From: Labilithrix sp.
GTDB taxonomy: Bacteria > Myxococcota_A > Polyangia > Polyangiales > Polyangiaceae
NCBI GenBank assembly: GCA_019637175.1
Contig: JAHBWD010000010.1
Coordinates: 62,715 to 126,714 of the forward strand
DNA length: 64,000 bases
Direction of reading: 5' to 3'
The translations under genes and the position numbers were made by a program. Below, piece by piece: positions 48,657 through 58,087 of this stretch (position 1 is its first letter; each line of letters begins with the position of its first letter). A model generated the notes under the pieces. It made no database searches. It was not told the origin of the DNA and saw nothing but the letters and a program-made list of their open reading frames with translations.

Positions 48657-50138
48657 TCAGGGAGCCGCGCTCGCCTTCGGCGCCGGAGGCGCCGCTGCGT
48701 CCGGCTTGCCCGTCGCCGCCGGCGCTCCACCCTCCTTCGCGCCGGCGTCGCCGATCGCCGCGCCGCCGTCGCCCGCGCCGCCGTCGGCGGCCGCGGCCGC
48801 CGCGGCGATCGACTCCTTCGTCGACCACGTCACCTTGCCGAAGCGCGACGCGCGATGGAAGTTGCCCTGACCGAGGATCGGCGACCACGCGGTGCCGCCG
48901 TTGTTCTCCATCGCGTAGAAGTTCATGCGCCACGTGTCGCCCGGCTTCGGTGGCCGCGTCTTCGCGCCCTTCTCGAAGGCTGCCCACGGGATCGCCGCCT
49001 CGACGACGTAGCCGACGTCTTTGTCGCCCGGCTTGTCGATCGTGCCGCGCACGAAGACGGCGCTCTTCATCTTCGGATCCCAGTCTTCGTGACCGAACGG
49101 GCCCTGCGGATCGGTCTTCGGCGTGTTGTAGCCGTCGAACTGCGACTTGAAGACCTTGTTCGCCGGGTTGATCTGGATCTCGTAGTAGTCCTTGTTGTCG
49201 CCGTCACCGTCGGGATCGATCATGATCTCCGCGGTGTCTTTGGTCCACGTCATCGGCTGGCCCGTGGCCGTCCAGTCCTTCGGCTGCGAGGCCTTGTCGG
49301 TGAAGTAGCCGACCACGTCGGGATCGGTCACTTCGATGAGCACATACATGTTCTCGTCGTCCCACGCGACCTTCGCGGTTCCGGTCACGGGGTACGAGGC
49401 GGCGCTACGCCCCGAACCCACGTCGACAAAAGGGCCGGTGCTCGCTGCGCCTCCCCATGCTTTGTCGTCGGGCCTGCCGTCGATGACGATCTTCTCGTCC
49501 TTCGCGAGCTTCACGGGGAAGAGCGTGGGGATGTCGGTCGCGCCGCGCTTGCCTTCTTCTTTCTTCGGCGCGACGCCCGTCTTGATCTTCGCGACGATGG
49601 CGCGGTTGTCGCCGTCGTTCGGCCCGCTGATGATCCGGAGGCGCGCGTCGCCCTTCCAGATCCCGACGTAGACCATCGTATCGGGACCACGAAGCTCGCC
49701 GGGCATCGTGAACGACTGCTCGTCGGCGTAGATCTTCCCGCGCTCCCAGCGATCGGGGCCGAGCACCTGGTGGTTGCCCTTGAGCTCGCGCAGCGGGCCG
49801 TTCGAGTCGAGGTTCTCCGGTTTGTCGAAGCCCTCGTGCTGCACGTGCGTGAAGAGCTGCCAGCCCTCTTCGACCGGGTCGTCGCAGCGCCAGTAGTACG
49901 TGACCTTCACGGACGTGTTGGGCGGCGCGAGCTCGGGCTCGACCTTGTAGCCGACGATGTGGACCTTGTTCTCGAAGTTGATGTCGACCTTCTTCGCGTC
50001 CGCGGGGACGGCGTCGAGGATCGATCCCTTCAGGCGATCGCGATCTTCCGCGCTGATCTGCTGCTTTCCGCCCACGCACGCCGCGATCGCCAACCCGAGC
50101 ACCAGAACTGAAGCCGTTCGAAGCATCACCCTCTCCAA
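48657..50138 (-). CDS. Secreted lipoprotein with CBM9/DOMON-like carbohydrate-binding-type domain and Ala/Gly/Pro-rich C-terminal tail
   Basis: Lipobox LAIAACVGG. 493 aa rich in Trp/Tyr/Asp (...WDDENMYVLIEVTD..., ...WRMNFYAMENNGGTAWSP...). The domain assignment is tentative. Confidence 0.6.
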   Translation of the reverse strand: MERVMLRTASVLVLGLAIAACVGGKQQISAEDRDRLKGSILDAVPADAKKVDINFENKVHIVGYKVEPELAPPNTSVKVTYYWRCDDPVEEGWQLFTHVQHEGFDKPENLDSNGPLRELKGNHQVLGPDRWERGKIYADEQSFTMPGELRGPDTMVYVGIWKGDARLRIISGPNDGDNRAIVAKIKTGVAPKKEEGKRGATDIPTLFPVKLAKDEKIVIDGRPDDKAWGGAASTGPFVDVGSGRSAASYPVTGTAKVAWDDENMYVLIEVTDPDVVGYFTDKASQPKDWTATGQPMTWTKDTAEIMIDPDGDGDNKDYYEIQINPANKVFKSQFDGYNTPKTDPQGPFGHEDWDPKMKSAVFVRGTIDKPGDKDVGYVVEAAIPWAAFEKGAKTRPPKPGDTWRMNFYAMENNGGTAWSPILGQGNFHRASRFGKVTWSTKESIAAAAAAADGGAGDGGAAIGDAGAKEGGAPAATGKPDAAAPPAPKASAAP

Positions 50139-50151
50139 TCGTCGGTAACGG

Positions 50152-51783
50152 TCAGCGGCGGTTCTTCTTGCGCGCTTCCTTCTCGCGCTTGCGCTGGGCC
50201 TTCTTCGCGTTCTTCTCCTTCTCGGAGAGCGCCTTCATCTTCGTCAGGCTCTCGCCCGGCGGCCCGCCGCCGAGCCCCGGCATCATGCCGGGGAAGCCCA
50301 TGCCCGGCATGCCCATCCCGGGCATGCCCATCCCCGGCATCCCGGGGAAGCCGCCCATGCCGGGGAAGCCGCCCATGCCGCCCATGTTGGCCATGGCCTT
50401 CTTCATGTTCTTCATCGCGCCGAGCTGCTTCATCCCGGGGATGTTGCCGAGGAGGCCGCCCATGCCGCCGAGGTTGCCCATCATCTGCTTCATGAAGAGG
50501 AAGCGCTGGACGAGCTCGCTCACCGCCTTGTCGTCGTTGCCCGAGCCCTTCGCGATGCGCGCGACGCGGCCCGGCTCGCGGATGAGCGCGTAGGGATCGC
50601 GGCGCTCGAAGGTGGTGAAGCTCGAGATCATCGCCTCGATCTTCACGAGCTCGCGATCGTCGAGGTTCACGTCGCTCGGCAGCTGGTCCATCCCGGGGAG
50701 CTTCCCGACGATGTCCTTCAGGCTGCCCATCTTCTGGATCATCCGGATCTGCTGGAGGAAGTCGTCGAGGGTGAAATCACCCTGGAGCATCTTCATCGCG
50801 TCTTCGGCGGCCTTCTCCTGATCGACGACCTCTTCGAAGTCTTTCATCAGGCCGACGACGTCGCCCATGCCGAGGACGCGGCTCGCCATGCCCTCGGGAC
50901 GGAACTCCTCGAACTTGTCGGTGCCCTCGCCGACGCCGGCGAAGCGAACGGCCGCGCCGGTGACCTCCTTCACGCTGAGCGCGGCGCCGCCGCGCGCGTC
51001 GCCGTCGAGCTTCGTGAGGACGACGCCGGTGAGGCTCAGCCGATCGTGGAAGCCCTTCGAAACCTTCACCGCGTCTTGACCGATCATCGCGTCGACGACG
51101 AGAAAGACGTTCTCCGGATCCGTCTTCTCTTTGATGTCGGCGAGCTCCTGCATGAGCTTCTCGTCGATCGCGAGACGGCCTGCGGTGTCGTAGATGATGA
51201 CGTCGCAGCCCTTCGACTTGGCCTCGGCCTCGGCGCGCTCGCAGATCTCGACCGGCGACTCGCCGGGGATGCTGAAGACGGGCACGTCGATGCTCTGGCC
51301 GAGCACCTGGAGCTGCTCGACGGCGGCGGGGCGCTGCATGTCTGCGGCGACGAGCAGCGGCTTGTGGTTCTCCTTCTGGAGGTAGCGCGCGAGCTTGGCG
51401 CACGTCGTCGTCTTACCGGAGCCCTGGAGGCCGACCATCATGATGCCGGTGGGACCTCCTTTCTCCGGCGCGAAGACGAGCGCCGGACCTTCGGCCGTCA
51501 TGAAGTCGACGAGCTCGTCGTGGCAGATCTTGACGAACTGATCGGCGGCCGAGACCTTCATCGTCTCGCCGGCCTGCTTCGCTCGGATCTTCACGACCTC
51601 GCCGAGCGCCTTCTCCTTCACCCGGGCGAGGAACGTCTTGACGACGCCGAGCTCGACGTCGGCCTCGAGCAGGCTCAGCCGAACCTCACGGAGCGCCGTC
51701 TCGATGTTGCTCTCGGTGAGCTCGGTCAAACCGGCGAGCCGGTTCTTCGCCTGGCGGAAGCCCTTCGCAATCGCGTCGAACAT
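50152..51783 (-). CDS. ffh: Signal recognition particle protein Ffh, with extended Gly/Met/Pro-repeat and Lys/Arg-rich C-terminal tail
   Basis: N and G domains (GLQGSGKTTTCAKLA, DTAGR), an M domain, then about 90 extra residues (PGMGMPGMGMPGMGFPGMMPG...KKAQRKREKEARKKNRR). Good Shine-Dalgarno (GAGGAAAAGG) upstream. Confidence 0.95.
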   Translation of the reverse strand: MFDAIAKGFRQAKNRLAGLTELTESNIETALREVRLSLLEADVELGVVKTFLARVKEKALGEVVKIRAKQAGETMKVSAADQFVKICHDELVDFMTAEGPALVFAPEKGGPTGIMMVGLQGSGKTTTCAKLARYLQKENHKPLLVAADMQRPAAVEQLQVLGQSIDVPVFSIPGESPVEICERAEAEAKSKGCDVIIYDTAGRLAIDEKLMQELADIKEKTDPENVFLVVDAMIGQDAVKVSKGFHDRLSLTGVVLTKLDGDARGGAALSVKEVTGAAVRFAGVGEGTDKFEEFRPEGMASRVLGMGDVVGLMKDFEEVVDQEKAAEDAMKMLQGDFTLDDFLQQIRMIQKMGSLKDIVGKLPGMDQLPSDVNLDDRELVKIEAMISSFTTFERRDPYALIREPGRVARIAKGSGNDDKAVSELVQRFLFMKQMMGNLGGMGGLLGNIPGMKQLGAMKNMKKAMANMGGMGGFPGMGGFPGMPGMGMPGMGMPGMGFPGMMPGLGGGPPGESLTKMKALSEKEKNAKKAQRKREKEARKKNRR

Positions 51784-51883
51784 GAAGCCTTTTCCTCACT
51801 TGGCGGCTTACCACGGACGCGGCGGTCCGGAAAGCCGCGTCACCCTTGGCGCTCCTGCGGGCCATGATCGCGCCCGAGGTGGA

Positions 51884-52303
51884 TCAGATGCGGTGGCGCC
51901 GCTTGAGGGCGAGGATCTGATCGTCGCAAGGGCCGAGCCGCTCGAAGCCCTCCTTGAGGAGCGCCTCCGCTTCGTCGAGCTTGGCCGCGAGCGCGCGCGC
52001 GTCCGGCGACTCCTTCGGCATCTCGCCCTTCTCGACCGCGGTGAGGCCCTGCTCGACCTCGCTCTTCAGGCGGAGCGCCTTCGCCGTCGCCTCGGCGGAC
52101 GCGAGACACGCATCGCGCACGCGACAGACCTCGGCGGCGGTGCACGCGACGGCGCGGAGCGCGTCGACGGCGGCGGGCTTCGCCGGGTTGTCGGCGCGGC
52201 GAAAGCGCTCGACCGCAACGACGACCTGCTCGGCCTCGCGGCGCTCGCCGCTCTCGCACGCGAGCGCGAAGCTCACGATGACGACGTACGCGAAGCGCTT
52301 CAC
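51884..52303 (-). CDS. Small lipoprotein (about 139 aa), Cys-containing
   Basis: GTG start overlaps the stop of the upstream oxidoreductase (GTGA). The N-terminus is KRFAYVVIVSFALAC (lipobox), followed by a helical Ala/Glu-rich domain. The rest of the 626-aa track ORF is out-of-frame junk. Confidence 0.5.
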   Translation of the reverse strand: MKRFAYVVIVSFALACESGERREAEQVVVAVERFRRADNPAKPAAVDALRAVACTAAEVCRVRDACLASAEATAKALRLKSEVEQGLTAVEKGEMPKESPDARALAAKLDEAEALLKEGFERLGPCDDQILALKRRHRI

Positions 52304-53850
52304 GACAGCTCCACCTTGCTCCACATCTCGCGGAGCATCTTCTCTTTGCGTCGATCGGTGCGCGTGATCACGCGCGCGACGCCCCACGCCGCGAGCAGCT
52401 CGCCTTCCTGACCGAGCGCGGGCAGCGTGCTCCGACCCGTGACGAACACGTTGCCGAGCGCCGTGCGGATCGGCTCGCCCGCGAGGCCGTGGAGCTGCGC
52501 CGGCGTGACCTGGAGGCGCGGCACCATCGCTTCGGCCTCCATCGAGCCCCCGGTCGCGCGCAGGCGGGCGCGCTCGACCATCCGCGCGCGCAGGCTCCCC
52601 CCGGGAGGGCCCACAGCGGGATCGGAGACCGTCGCGTTGCGGAAGTCCCAGAGCGGCCGCCCGTCGTGCGGCGAGTCGCACACGAGCACGTGGCGCTCGA
52701 GGAACGGCAGGAACTCGAGCACCGTCGCGAGCACGTCTTCGCGCGCGCGAGAAAGCGGCGCTCCCTCGGGCAGCAGCGCCTCGGCCACGAGGAGCGCGGT
52801 GTCGGGCGACGCGTGCGGCGCCTTCTGGAGGTGCACCACGGCGCCCTTCGACGGGAGGAGGAACGACTCGGTCGCGAGGGGCCGCGGGATCCCGCCGGGC
52901 CTCACGACGATCGAGACGACGAAGCGGTTCTCCGCCGTCGTGAGCGAGGGCAGCTTGTCGCCGCGCGGCGGAACGAAGTCGCGCGCGAGCTCGAGGATCT
53001 GCGCGGCGGGCAGATCGCCGACGACGAACGTGACGCCCACGGGCATCTCGTCGCCGTCGACGTGGACGCCGCGCACCTTTCCTCCCTTGTGCACGAGCGC
53101 GGAGGCGCGATCGGCGATGCGCGTGTCGCCGCCGTGCGCGCGAACGCGCTCGAGCAAGAAGTCGACGAGCTCTTCTTCGCCTCCGGCGAGGTGGCTCACC
53201 CCGCGCGTCCACGCCCCGTGGAGACGCGCGAGCGCGAACGGAGGGATCTCGGACGCGAGATCGGACGCGAAGCGGGCCGGCGTCGTCACGACGCCGCGGA
53301 AGGGATGCTCGCGCGGAAACTCGGCGAGAAAGTCGCTCCCGCCGTCGAGGTAGGGGAGCGTCGCGACGACGCGCGCGGTCTCTCGACGCTCCCAGAATCC
53401 GCCCGGCGGCCACACCGCGTCGCGCTCGAACGCCGCGTCGGCCGCCGCGTTGGTGCGCGCGAGCTCGGTGTAGAGATCGTCGACGACGCGGCGCACGGCG
53501 GGGAACTCGCGATCGATCTCGCGCGCGAAGAGCTGCGTGTCCGGCGGAAGATCGAGGCGCGCGTCGGGCGCGAGCACCTGGAGCATCGGATCGAGCGACG
53601 AGAGACGGCGACGGAAGGTCTGCGACTGCGCGAGCTCGACGAGGACGCGCCCCCACGCGGGCGACGACGCGGAGAGGAAGGTGAACGGGCGACGCGCGAG
53701 GACGAGCCCGTCGTAGCCGTACGTGGGCTTTCGCCAGCCGTGACCGAGGACGAGCACGCGCCACGAGCGACGCGCGAGCAGCGCGGCGGCGGCGAGCGAT
53801 CCCACGCCCGCGCCGAGGACCACCACGTCGTAGTGCTTCGCCGTGCTCAT
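52300..53850 (-). CDS. FAD/NAD(P)-binding oxidoreductase (phytoene-desaturase/amine-oxidase-like Rossmann fold)
   Basis: Real start ATG 53850 (MSTAKHYDVVVLGAGVGSLAAAALLARRSWRVLVLGHG, a GxGxxG dinucleotide fold). The upstream 128 codons of the track ORF are Arg-rich junk overlapping purN. Confidence 0.8.
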   Translation of the reverse strand: MSTAKHYDVVVLGAGVGSLAAAALLARRSWRVLVLGHGWRKPTYGYDGLVLARRPFTFLSASSPAWGRVLVELAQSQTFRRRLSSLDPMLQVLAPDARLDLPPDTQLFAREIDREFPAVRRVVDDLYTELARTNAAADAAFERDAVWPPGGFWERRETARVVATLPYLDGGSDFLAEFPREHPFRGVVTTPARFASDLASEIPPFALARLHGAWTRGVSHLAGGEEELVDFLLERVRAHGGDTRIADRASALVHKGGKVRGVHVDGDEMPVGVTFVVGDLPAAQILELARDFVPPRGDKLPSLTTAENRFVVSIVVRPGGIPRPLATESFLLPSKGAVVHLQKAPHASPDTALLVAEALLPEGAPLSRAREDVLATVLEFLPFLERHVLVCDSPHDGRPLWDFRNATVSDPAVGPPGGSLRARMVERARLRATGGSMEAEAMVPRLQVTPAQLHGLAGEPIRTALGNVFVTGRSTLPALGQEGELLAAWGVARVITRTDRRKEKMLREMWSKVELS

Positions 53851-54485
53851 CGGCGCTCGATCCGCACGCGCACGCGCGGGCGCTTCCCTTCTCCGCCCGG
53901 AGCGACCTCGACGCGCCCTTCCGCGATCCACTGCACGACCTGGGGCAAGAGCTCGTGCTCCTTCTCGAGGATCCGCGCCGCGAGCGAAGCCTCGTCGTCG
54001 TCGTCGAGCACGGGGACGGTCGCCTGCGCGAGGATCGGCCCCGTATCCATGCCGGCGTCGACGAGGTGAACCGTGCAGCCCGCGACCCGCACGCCGTAGG
54101 CGAGCGCCTGCGCCGGTCCGTGCACGCCGGGAAACGCGGGCAGGAGCGCGGGGTGGATGTTCACGACGCGGTGCGGAAACGCGTCGAGGAGCACGGGGGT
54201 CACGAGGCGCATGAAGCCCGCGAGGACGACGCACGTCGCGCCGTGCGCGCGCAGCACCTCCACGACCGCCGCGTCGAACGCCGCGCGATCGGCGAACGCC
54301 TTGTGATCGACGACGACCGCGGGAACGCCCGCGGCGCGCGCGCGATCGAGGCCCTTGGCGGTGGCGACGTTGGAGACGACGACGCCGATCTTCGCCGACA
54401 GCCGACCCGCCTTCACCGCGTCCAAGAGCGCCTGGAGGTTCGTGCCCGATCCGGACACGAGGACGCCGAGGACGAGCTCGCTCAC
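53847..54485 (-). CDS. purN: Phosphoribosylglycinamide formyltransferase PurN
   Basis: 212 aa with ...VLVSGSGTNLQAL... and ...NIHPALLPAFPG.... GTG start overlaps the purM stop (GTGA). The track ORF is over-extended upstream. Confidence 0.85.
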   Translation of the reverse strand: MSELVLGVLVSGSGTNLQALLDAVKAGRLSAKIGVVVSNVATAKGLDRARAAGVPAVVVDHKAFADRAAFDAAVVEVLRAHGATCVVLAGFMRLVTPVLLDAFPHRVVNIHPALLPAFPGVHGPAQALAYGVRVAGCTVHLVDAGMDTGPILAQATVPVLDDDDEASLAARILEKEHELLPQVVQWIAEGRVEVAPGGEGKRPRVRVRIERR

Positions 54486-55525
54486 GGGAAGACCACCCTC
54501 GCTTCGAAGTCGGTGCCCTCGGGGACCTTCACCACTTCGCCGAGCGACAGCGGCGCTTCGCCCGCCTTCGTGAGCGCTTCCATCGCGCGCGCGGCGTGCT
54601 CCTTGGCGACGACGAAGACGAAGCCGACGCCGAGGTTGAACACGCGACGCAGCTCTTGCTCCTCGACGCGCTCGGCGATGAGATCGATGATCGCCGGCCG
54701 CTTCCACGGACCGCGAAGCTTCGCGCCGAGCCCTTCAGGAAGTACGCGCGGGAGGTTGCCCGGCAGGCCGCCGCCGGTGACGTGGCTCATCGCGTGGACA
54801 TCGACGCCCGCCTCGAGGACCGCCTGCACCTGTCGCGCGTAGAGGCGCGTCGGCGCGAGGAGCGCCTCGCCCACCGTCTTGCCGCCGAGGACGTCGGGCT
54901 TGCTCTCGGGCCCGAGCTTCATCGCGTCGAAGAGCACGCGACGCGCGAGCGAGTACCCGTTCGAGTGGAGACCGCTCGAAGGGAGCGCGACGAGCTCGTC
55001 GCCCGCGGCGACGCGCTTGCCGTCGACGATCTTCTTCCGCGAGACGACACCGACGGTGAACCCCGCGAGATCGTACTCCCCTTCGGCGTACATTCCCGGC
55101 AGCTCCGCGGTCTCGCCGCCGAGCAGCGCGCAGCCCGCCTCGCGACACGCGTCGGCGATGCCCTTGACGACGCGCTCGGCGACGCCGACGTCGAGCTTGC
55201 CCGTGCCGAAGTAGTCGAGGAAGAAGAGCGGCCGCGCGCCGGTGGTGATCACGTCGTTCACGCACATGCCGACGAGGTCGAAGCCGATCGTGTCGTGCAC
55301 GCCCGTGAGGAACGCGACCTTGAGCTTGGTGCCGACGCCGTCGGTCCCGCTCACGAGCACGGGCTCGTCGATGCCCTGCGGCACCGCGCAGAGCCCGGCG
55401 AAGCCGCCGACGTCGGCGAGCACCTCGGGGATGCGCGTCGCCTTGGCGAACGGCTTGATGCGCTCGACGAGCTCGTCGCCCGCGTCGATGTCCACGCCGG
55501 CTTCGCGGTACGAGATCGATCCCAT
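54482..55525 (-). CDS. purM: Phosphoribosylformylglycinamidine cyclo-ligase PurM (AIR synthetase)
   Basis: Start ATG 55525 (MGSISYREAGVDIDAG...). Conserved ...SGTDGVGTKL... and ...HVTGGGL... motifs. The track ORF is over-extended by 26 codons. Confidence 0.9.
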   Translation of the reverse strand: MGSISYREAGVDIDAGDELVERIKPFAKATRIPEVLADVGGFAGLCAVPQGIDEPVLVSGTDGVGTKLKVAFLTGVHDTIGFDLVGMCVNDVITTGARPLFFLDYFGTGKLDVGVAERVVKGIADACREAGCALLGGETAELPGMYAEGEYDLAGFTVGVVSRKKIVDGKRVAAGDELVALPSSGLHSNGYSLARRVLFDAMKLGPESKPDVLGGKTVGEALLAPTRLYARQVQAVLEAGVDVHAMSHVTGGGLPGNLPRVLPEGLGAKLRGPWKRPAIIDLIAERVEEQELRRVFNLGVGFVFVVAKEHAARAMEALTKAGEAPLSLGEVVKVPEGTDFEARVVFP

Positions 55526-55643
55526 CGGGCCGGTTCTTAGCCGGTCGCCAAGGCCGCGACAACAGCCACCCGCGCGCGAGGGAAACCGCGGCAGGATCGC
55601 CACCTCGACCGCGCGACGGGAGGCCTCGCGCTCGCTTCGGCGA

Positions 55644-56654
55644 TCACCACCACTTGATCGGCATCGGCACCGCGTGCTCGTTCGTCGTGCCGTCGCCGAG
55701 CTGCCCGGACGCGTTGTCGCCCCAGCAGCGAACGCCGCCGTCGGCCATGCGCGCGCACGCGCTGTCGCCGGCGACGGCGAGCTCCTGAACGCCGACGAGC
55801 CCAGGGAGCGCGACGGGCTTCGCGCTCGGCTCCATCGTCCCGTTCGCGAGCTGGTAGCGATCGTTGTTCCCCCAGCAGCCGACGGTGCCCGTGCGAAGCC
55901 GAGCGCACGTGTGACGCGCGCCCGCGTGGATCGACGCGACCGGAGGAATGCCGTGCACCATCACGGGCACGCGCGAGTCGGTCGTCGTCGCGTCGCCGAG
56001 CTGTCCTTTGTCGTTCGCGCCCCAGCAGCGCACCGAGCCGTCGGCGAGCGCGGCGCACGTGTGCTCGGCGCCCGCGGTGAGCGAAGCGATCGACGCGCCG
56101 GCGAGCAGATCGACGCTCGCGGCGGCCTGACCGCGCGCGTCGCTCCCGCTGCATCGAACGACGGCGGGATCGGCGAGCGCCACGCACACGTGCGAAGGGC
56201 CGACGGCGATCGCGGTCGCGCGCGCGCCCTTGAACGCCTCGGGCTCGGAGGGCATCGTCGCCTTCGCGCCCCAGCAGCGAACGCGACCGCCCGCGATCGC
56301 GCACGCCTGCTCTCCGCCCGACGCGATCGCGGTCGCGTCGAGGATCGTGTTCTCCGCCAGCATCGTCGCGCCCCAGCAGCGAACGCGGCCGGCGAAGAGC
56401 CCGCACGTGTGCCCGTCGCCGAGCGAGAGCGCGTCGGCGCGAGCGGCGCGCGCCGGCTTCGGGAGCGGGCGTGACACGAACGTGCCGTCGCCGAGCTGTC
56501 CCGCGTCGTTCGCGCCCCAGCAGGCGATCTCGCCGGTCTTCTGCATGGTGCACGCGTGCCGCGGCCCGAGCCACGCGCGCGTCATCGCCGGCGGCTTGTG
56601 CTTCTTGCAACCCGCGGCGAGGAGGACGAGCGCGACGAAGACGAGCCGCTTCAG
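55644..56654 (-). CDS. RCC1-repeat (beta-propeller) lipoprotein
   Basis: Seven CWG.N..GQLGDG repeats. A lipoprotein signal (KRLVFVALVLLAAGC) is encoded immediately after the mgtE stop but is preceded in frame only by CTG. The first ATG (MTRAWLG, 56585) lies after the signal peptide, so the start is uncertain. Confidence 0.6.
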   Translation of the reverse strand: MKRLVFVALVLLAAGCKKHKPPAMTRAWLGPRHACTMQKTGEIACWGANDAGQLGDGTFVSRPLPKPARAARADALSLGDGHTCGLFAGRVRCWGATMLAENTILDATAIASGGEQACAIAGGRVRCWGAKATMPSEPEAFKGARATAIAVGPSHVCVALADPAVVRCSGSDARGQAAASVDLLAGASIASLTAGAEHTCAALADGSVRCWGANDKGQLGDATTTDSRVPVMVHGIPPVASIHAGARHTCARLRTGTVGCWGNNDRYQLANGTMEPSAKPVALPGLVGVQELAVAGDSACARMADGGVRCWGDNASGQLGDGTTNEHAVPMPIKWW

Positions 56655-58036
56655 TGGGGCACCGCACCCGCGAGGACCGCGTGCATCACGATCTTCGCGA
56701 CGTGGACGAAGATGACGATACCGAGCACGTCGACGAGGCTCGCGATGAACGGCGTCGAGCTCGTCGCCGGGTCCATGCCGACGCGCTTCAAGACGATTGG
56801 CAGCATCGCGCCGACGGTGCAGCCGGTCATCACGATGCCGATGAGCGTGATCGCGACGGTGAGCGCGAAGTCGGCGTGCTGCTCCGGATACATGAGGACG
56901 CGCGCGAAGCCCACGATCGCGAGCCCGATGCCGAGCACGAGGCCCATCGCCGCCTCGCGTATCAGGATGCGCCACCAGTCGCCGAGCTTGATCTCGCCGA
57001 CGGCCATGCCGCGGATGATGAGCGTCGACGACTGCGAGCCCGAGTTTCCTCCGGCGGAGATGAGCAGCGGCACGTAGTACGCGGCGCCCTTGATCGCCTC
57101 GAAGACGGGGTCGTAGTGGCGGAGCGCGGTCTGCGTGAAGAACTCGCCGAAGAAGAGGATGAAGAGCCAGACGCCGCGCTTCTTGATGAACGTGAGGAAC
57201 GTGGTCTTGAAGTAGGGCACGTCGAGCGGCTCGACGGCGCCGAGCTTCTGGACGTCTTCCGTCTGCTCTTGGGTGAGGACGTCGACGATGTCGTCGATCG
57301 TGATGACCCCGAGGATCGTGCTCTTTTCGTCGACGACCGGCATGACGTTGAGGTCGTACTTCGCCATTCGGCGAGCCACCTCTTCTTGGTCGAGCTCCGG
57401 CGGGACGCTGATGATGTTCGTGCGGAGGATGTCGCCGAGCGGCTGATAGGGCTTGGCGAGCAGCATGTCGCGGATCGACGCGAGCCCGACGAGCTTGTCG
57501 CCCGGCTCGATCGCGTAGACGTTGTAGATGTTCTCGTCGTGGTTCTCGAGGTGCGCGCGCACCGCCTCGACCGCGGAGGCGACCGTCACGTCCGGCGCGA
57601 CGTGGACGTAGGCGGTCGTCATCAGGTGGCCCGCGCTCGTCTCCGGCCATTTCTCGATCTCGCGGACTTCTTCGGCGGCGACCGGATCGACGTCCTCGAG
57701 CTTCTCGAGGATCTCCTCGCCCATCGCCTCGGGCAGGAAGCTGAAGAGGTCGGCGCGATCGTCGGGCGCCATCTCGCTCGCGATCTGCGCCACGCTCTCG
57801 GGCGGCATCAGCTCGGCGATCTCGCCCTGCTCGTCGTCTTCGAGGCGCTCGAAGATCGGCGCGGCGTCCTCCGCGGGCATCCGCGCGAGGAGCTCGGCGG
57901 CCTCGTCGGGCTCGAGCTCGCCGACGATGTCGGCGAGATCCTCGGGGTGGATCTCCTCGAGGAGCTCGCGCACCTGATCGGGATCCTCCTTGAGGATCTG
58001 CTTCAACTCGGGGCCGAGGAGCGACGCGAGGCGCAT
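56651..58036 (-). CDS. mgtE: Magnesium transporter MgtE
   Basis: 461 aa. N-domain, two CBS domains and a C-terminal 5-TM domain with ...GGNSGSQ.... Confidence 0.95.
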   Translation of the reverse strand: MRLASLLGPELKQILKEDPDQVRELLEEIHPEDLADIVGELEPDEAAELLARMPAEDAAPIFERLEDDEQGEIAELMPPESVAQIASEMAPDDRADLFSFLPEAMGEEILEKLEDVDPVAAEEVREIEKWPETSAGHLMTTAYVHVAPDVTVASAVEAVRAHLENHDENIYNVYAIEPGDKLVGLASIRDMLLAKPYQPLGDILRTNIISVPPELDQEEVARRMAKYDLNVMPVVDEKSTILGVITIDDIVDVLTQEQTEDVQKLGAVEPLDVPYFKTTFLTFIKKRGVWLFILFFGEFFTQTALRHYDPVFEAIKGAAYYVPLLISAGGNSGSQSSTLIIRGMAVGEIKLGDWWRILIREAAMGLVLGIGLAIVGFARVLMYPEQHADFALTVAITLIGIVMTGCTVGAMLPIVLKRVGMDPATSSTPFIASLVDVLGIVIFVHVAKIVMHAVLAGAVPH

Positions 58037-58087
58037 GACGACGCCTGGACATTACCCAAGCGCGTCGCATTTCGCTACGATGCTGCG

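Noticed and set aside
51884-53764. 626-aa minus-strand ORF
   Set aside because: Only the terminal 139 codons (the lipoprotein 51884..52303) are plausible. The remainder is an alternative frame of the FAD oxidoreductase gene 52300..53850.
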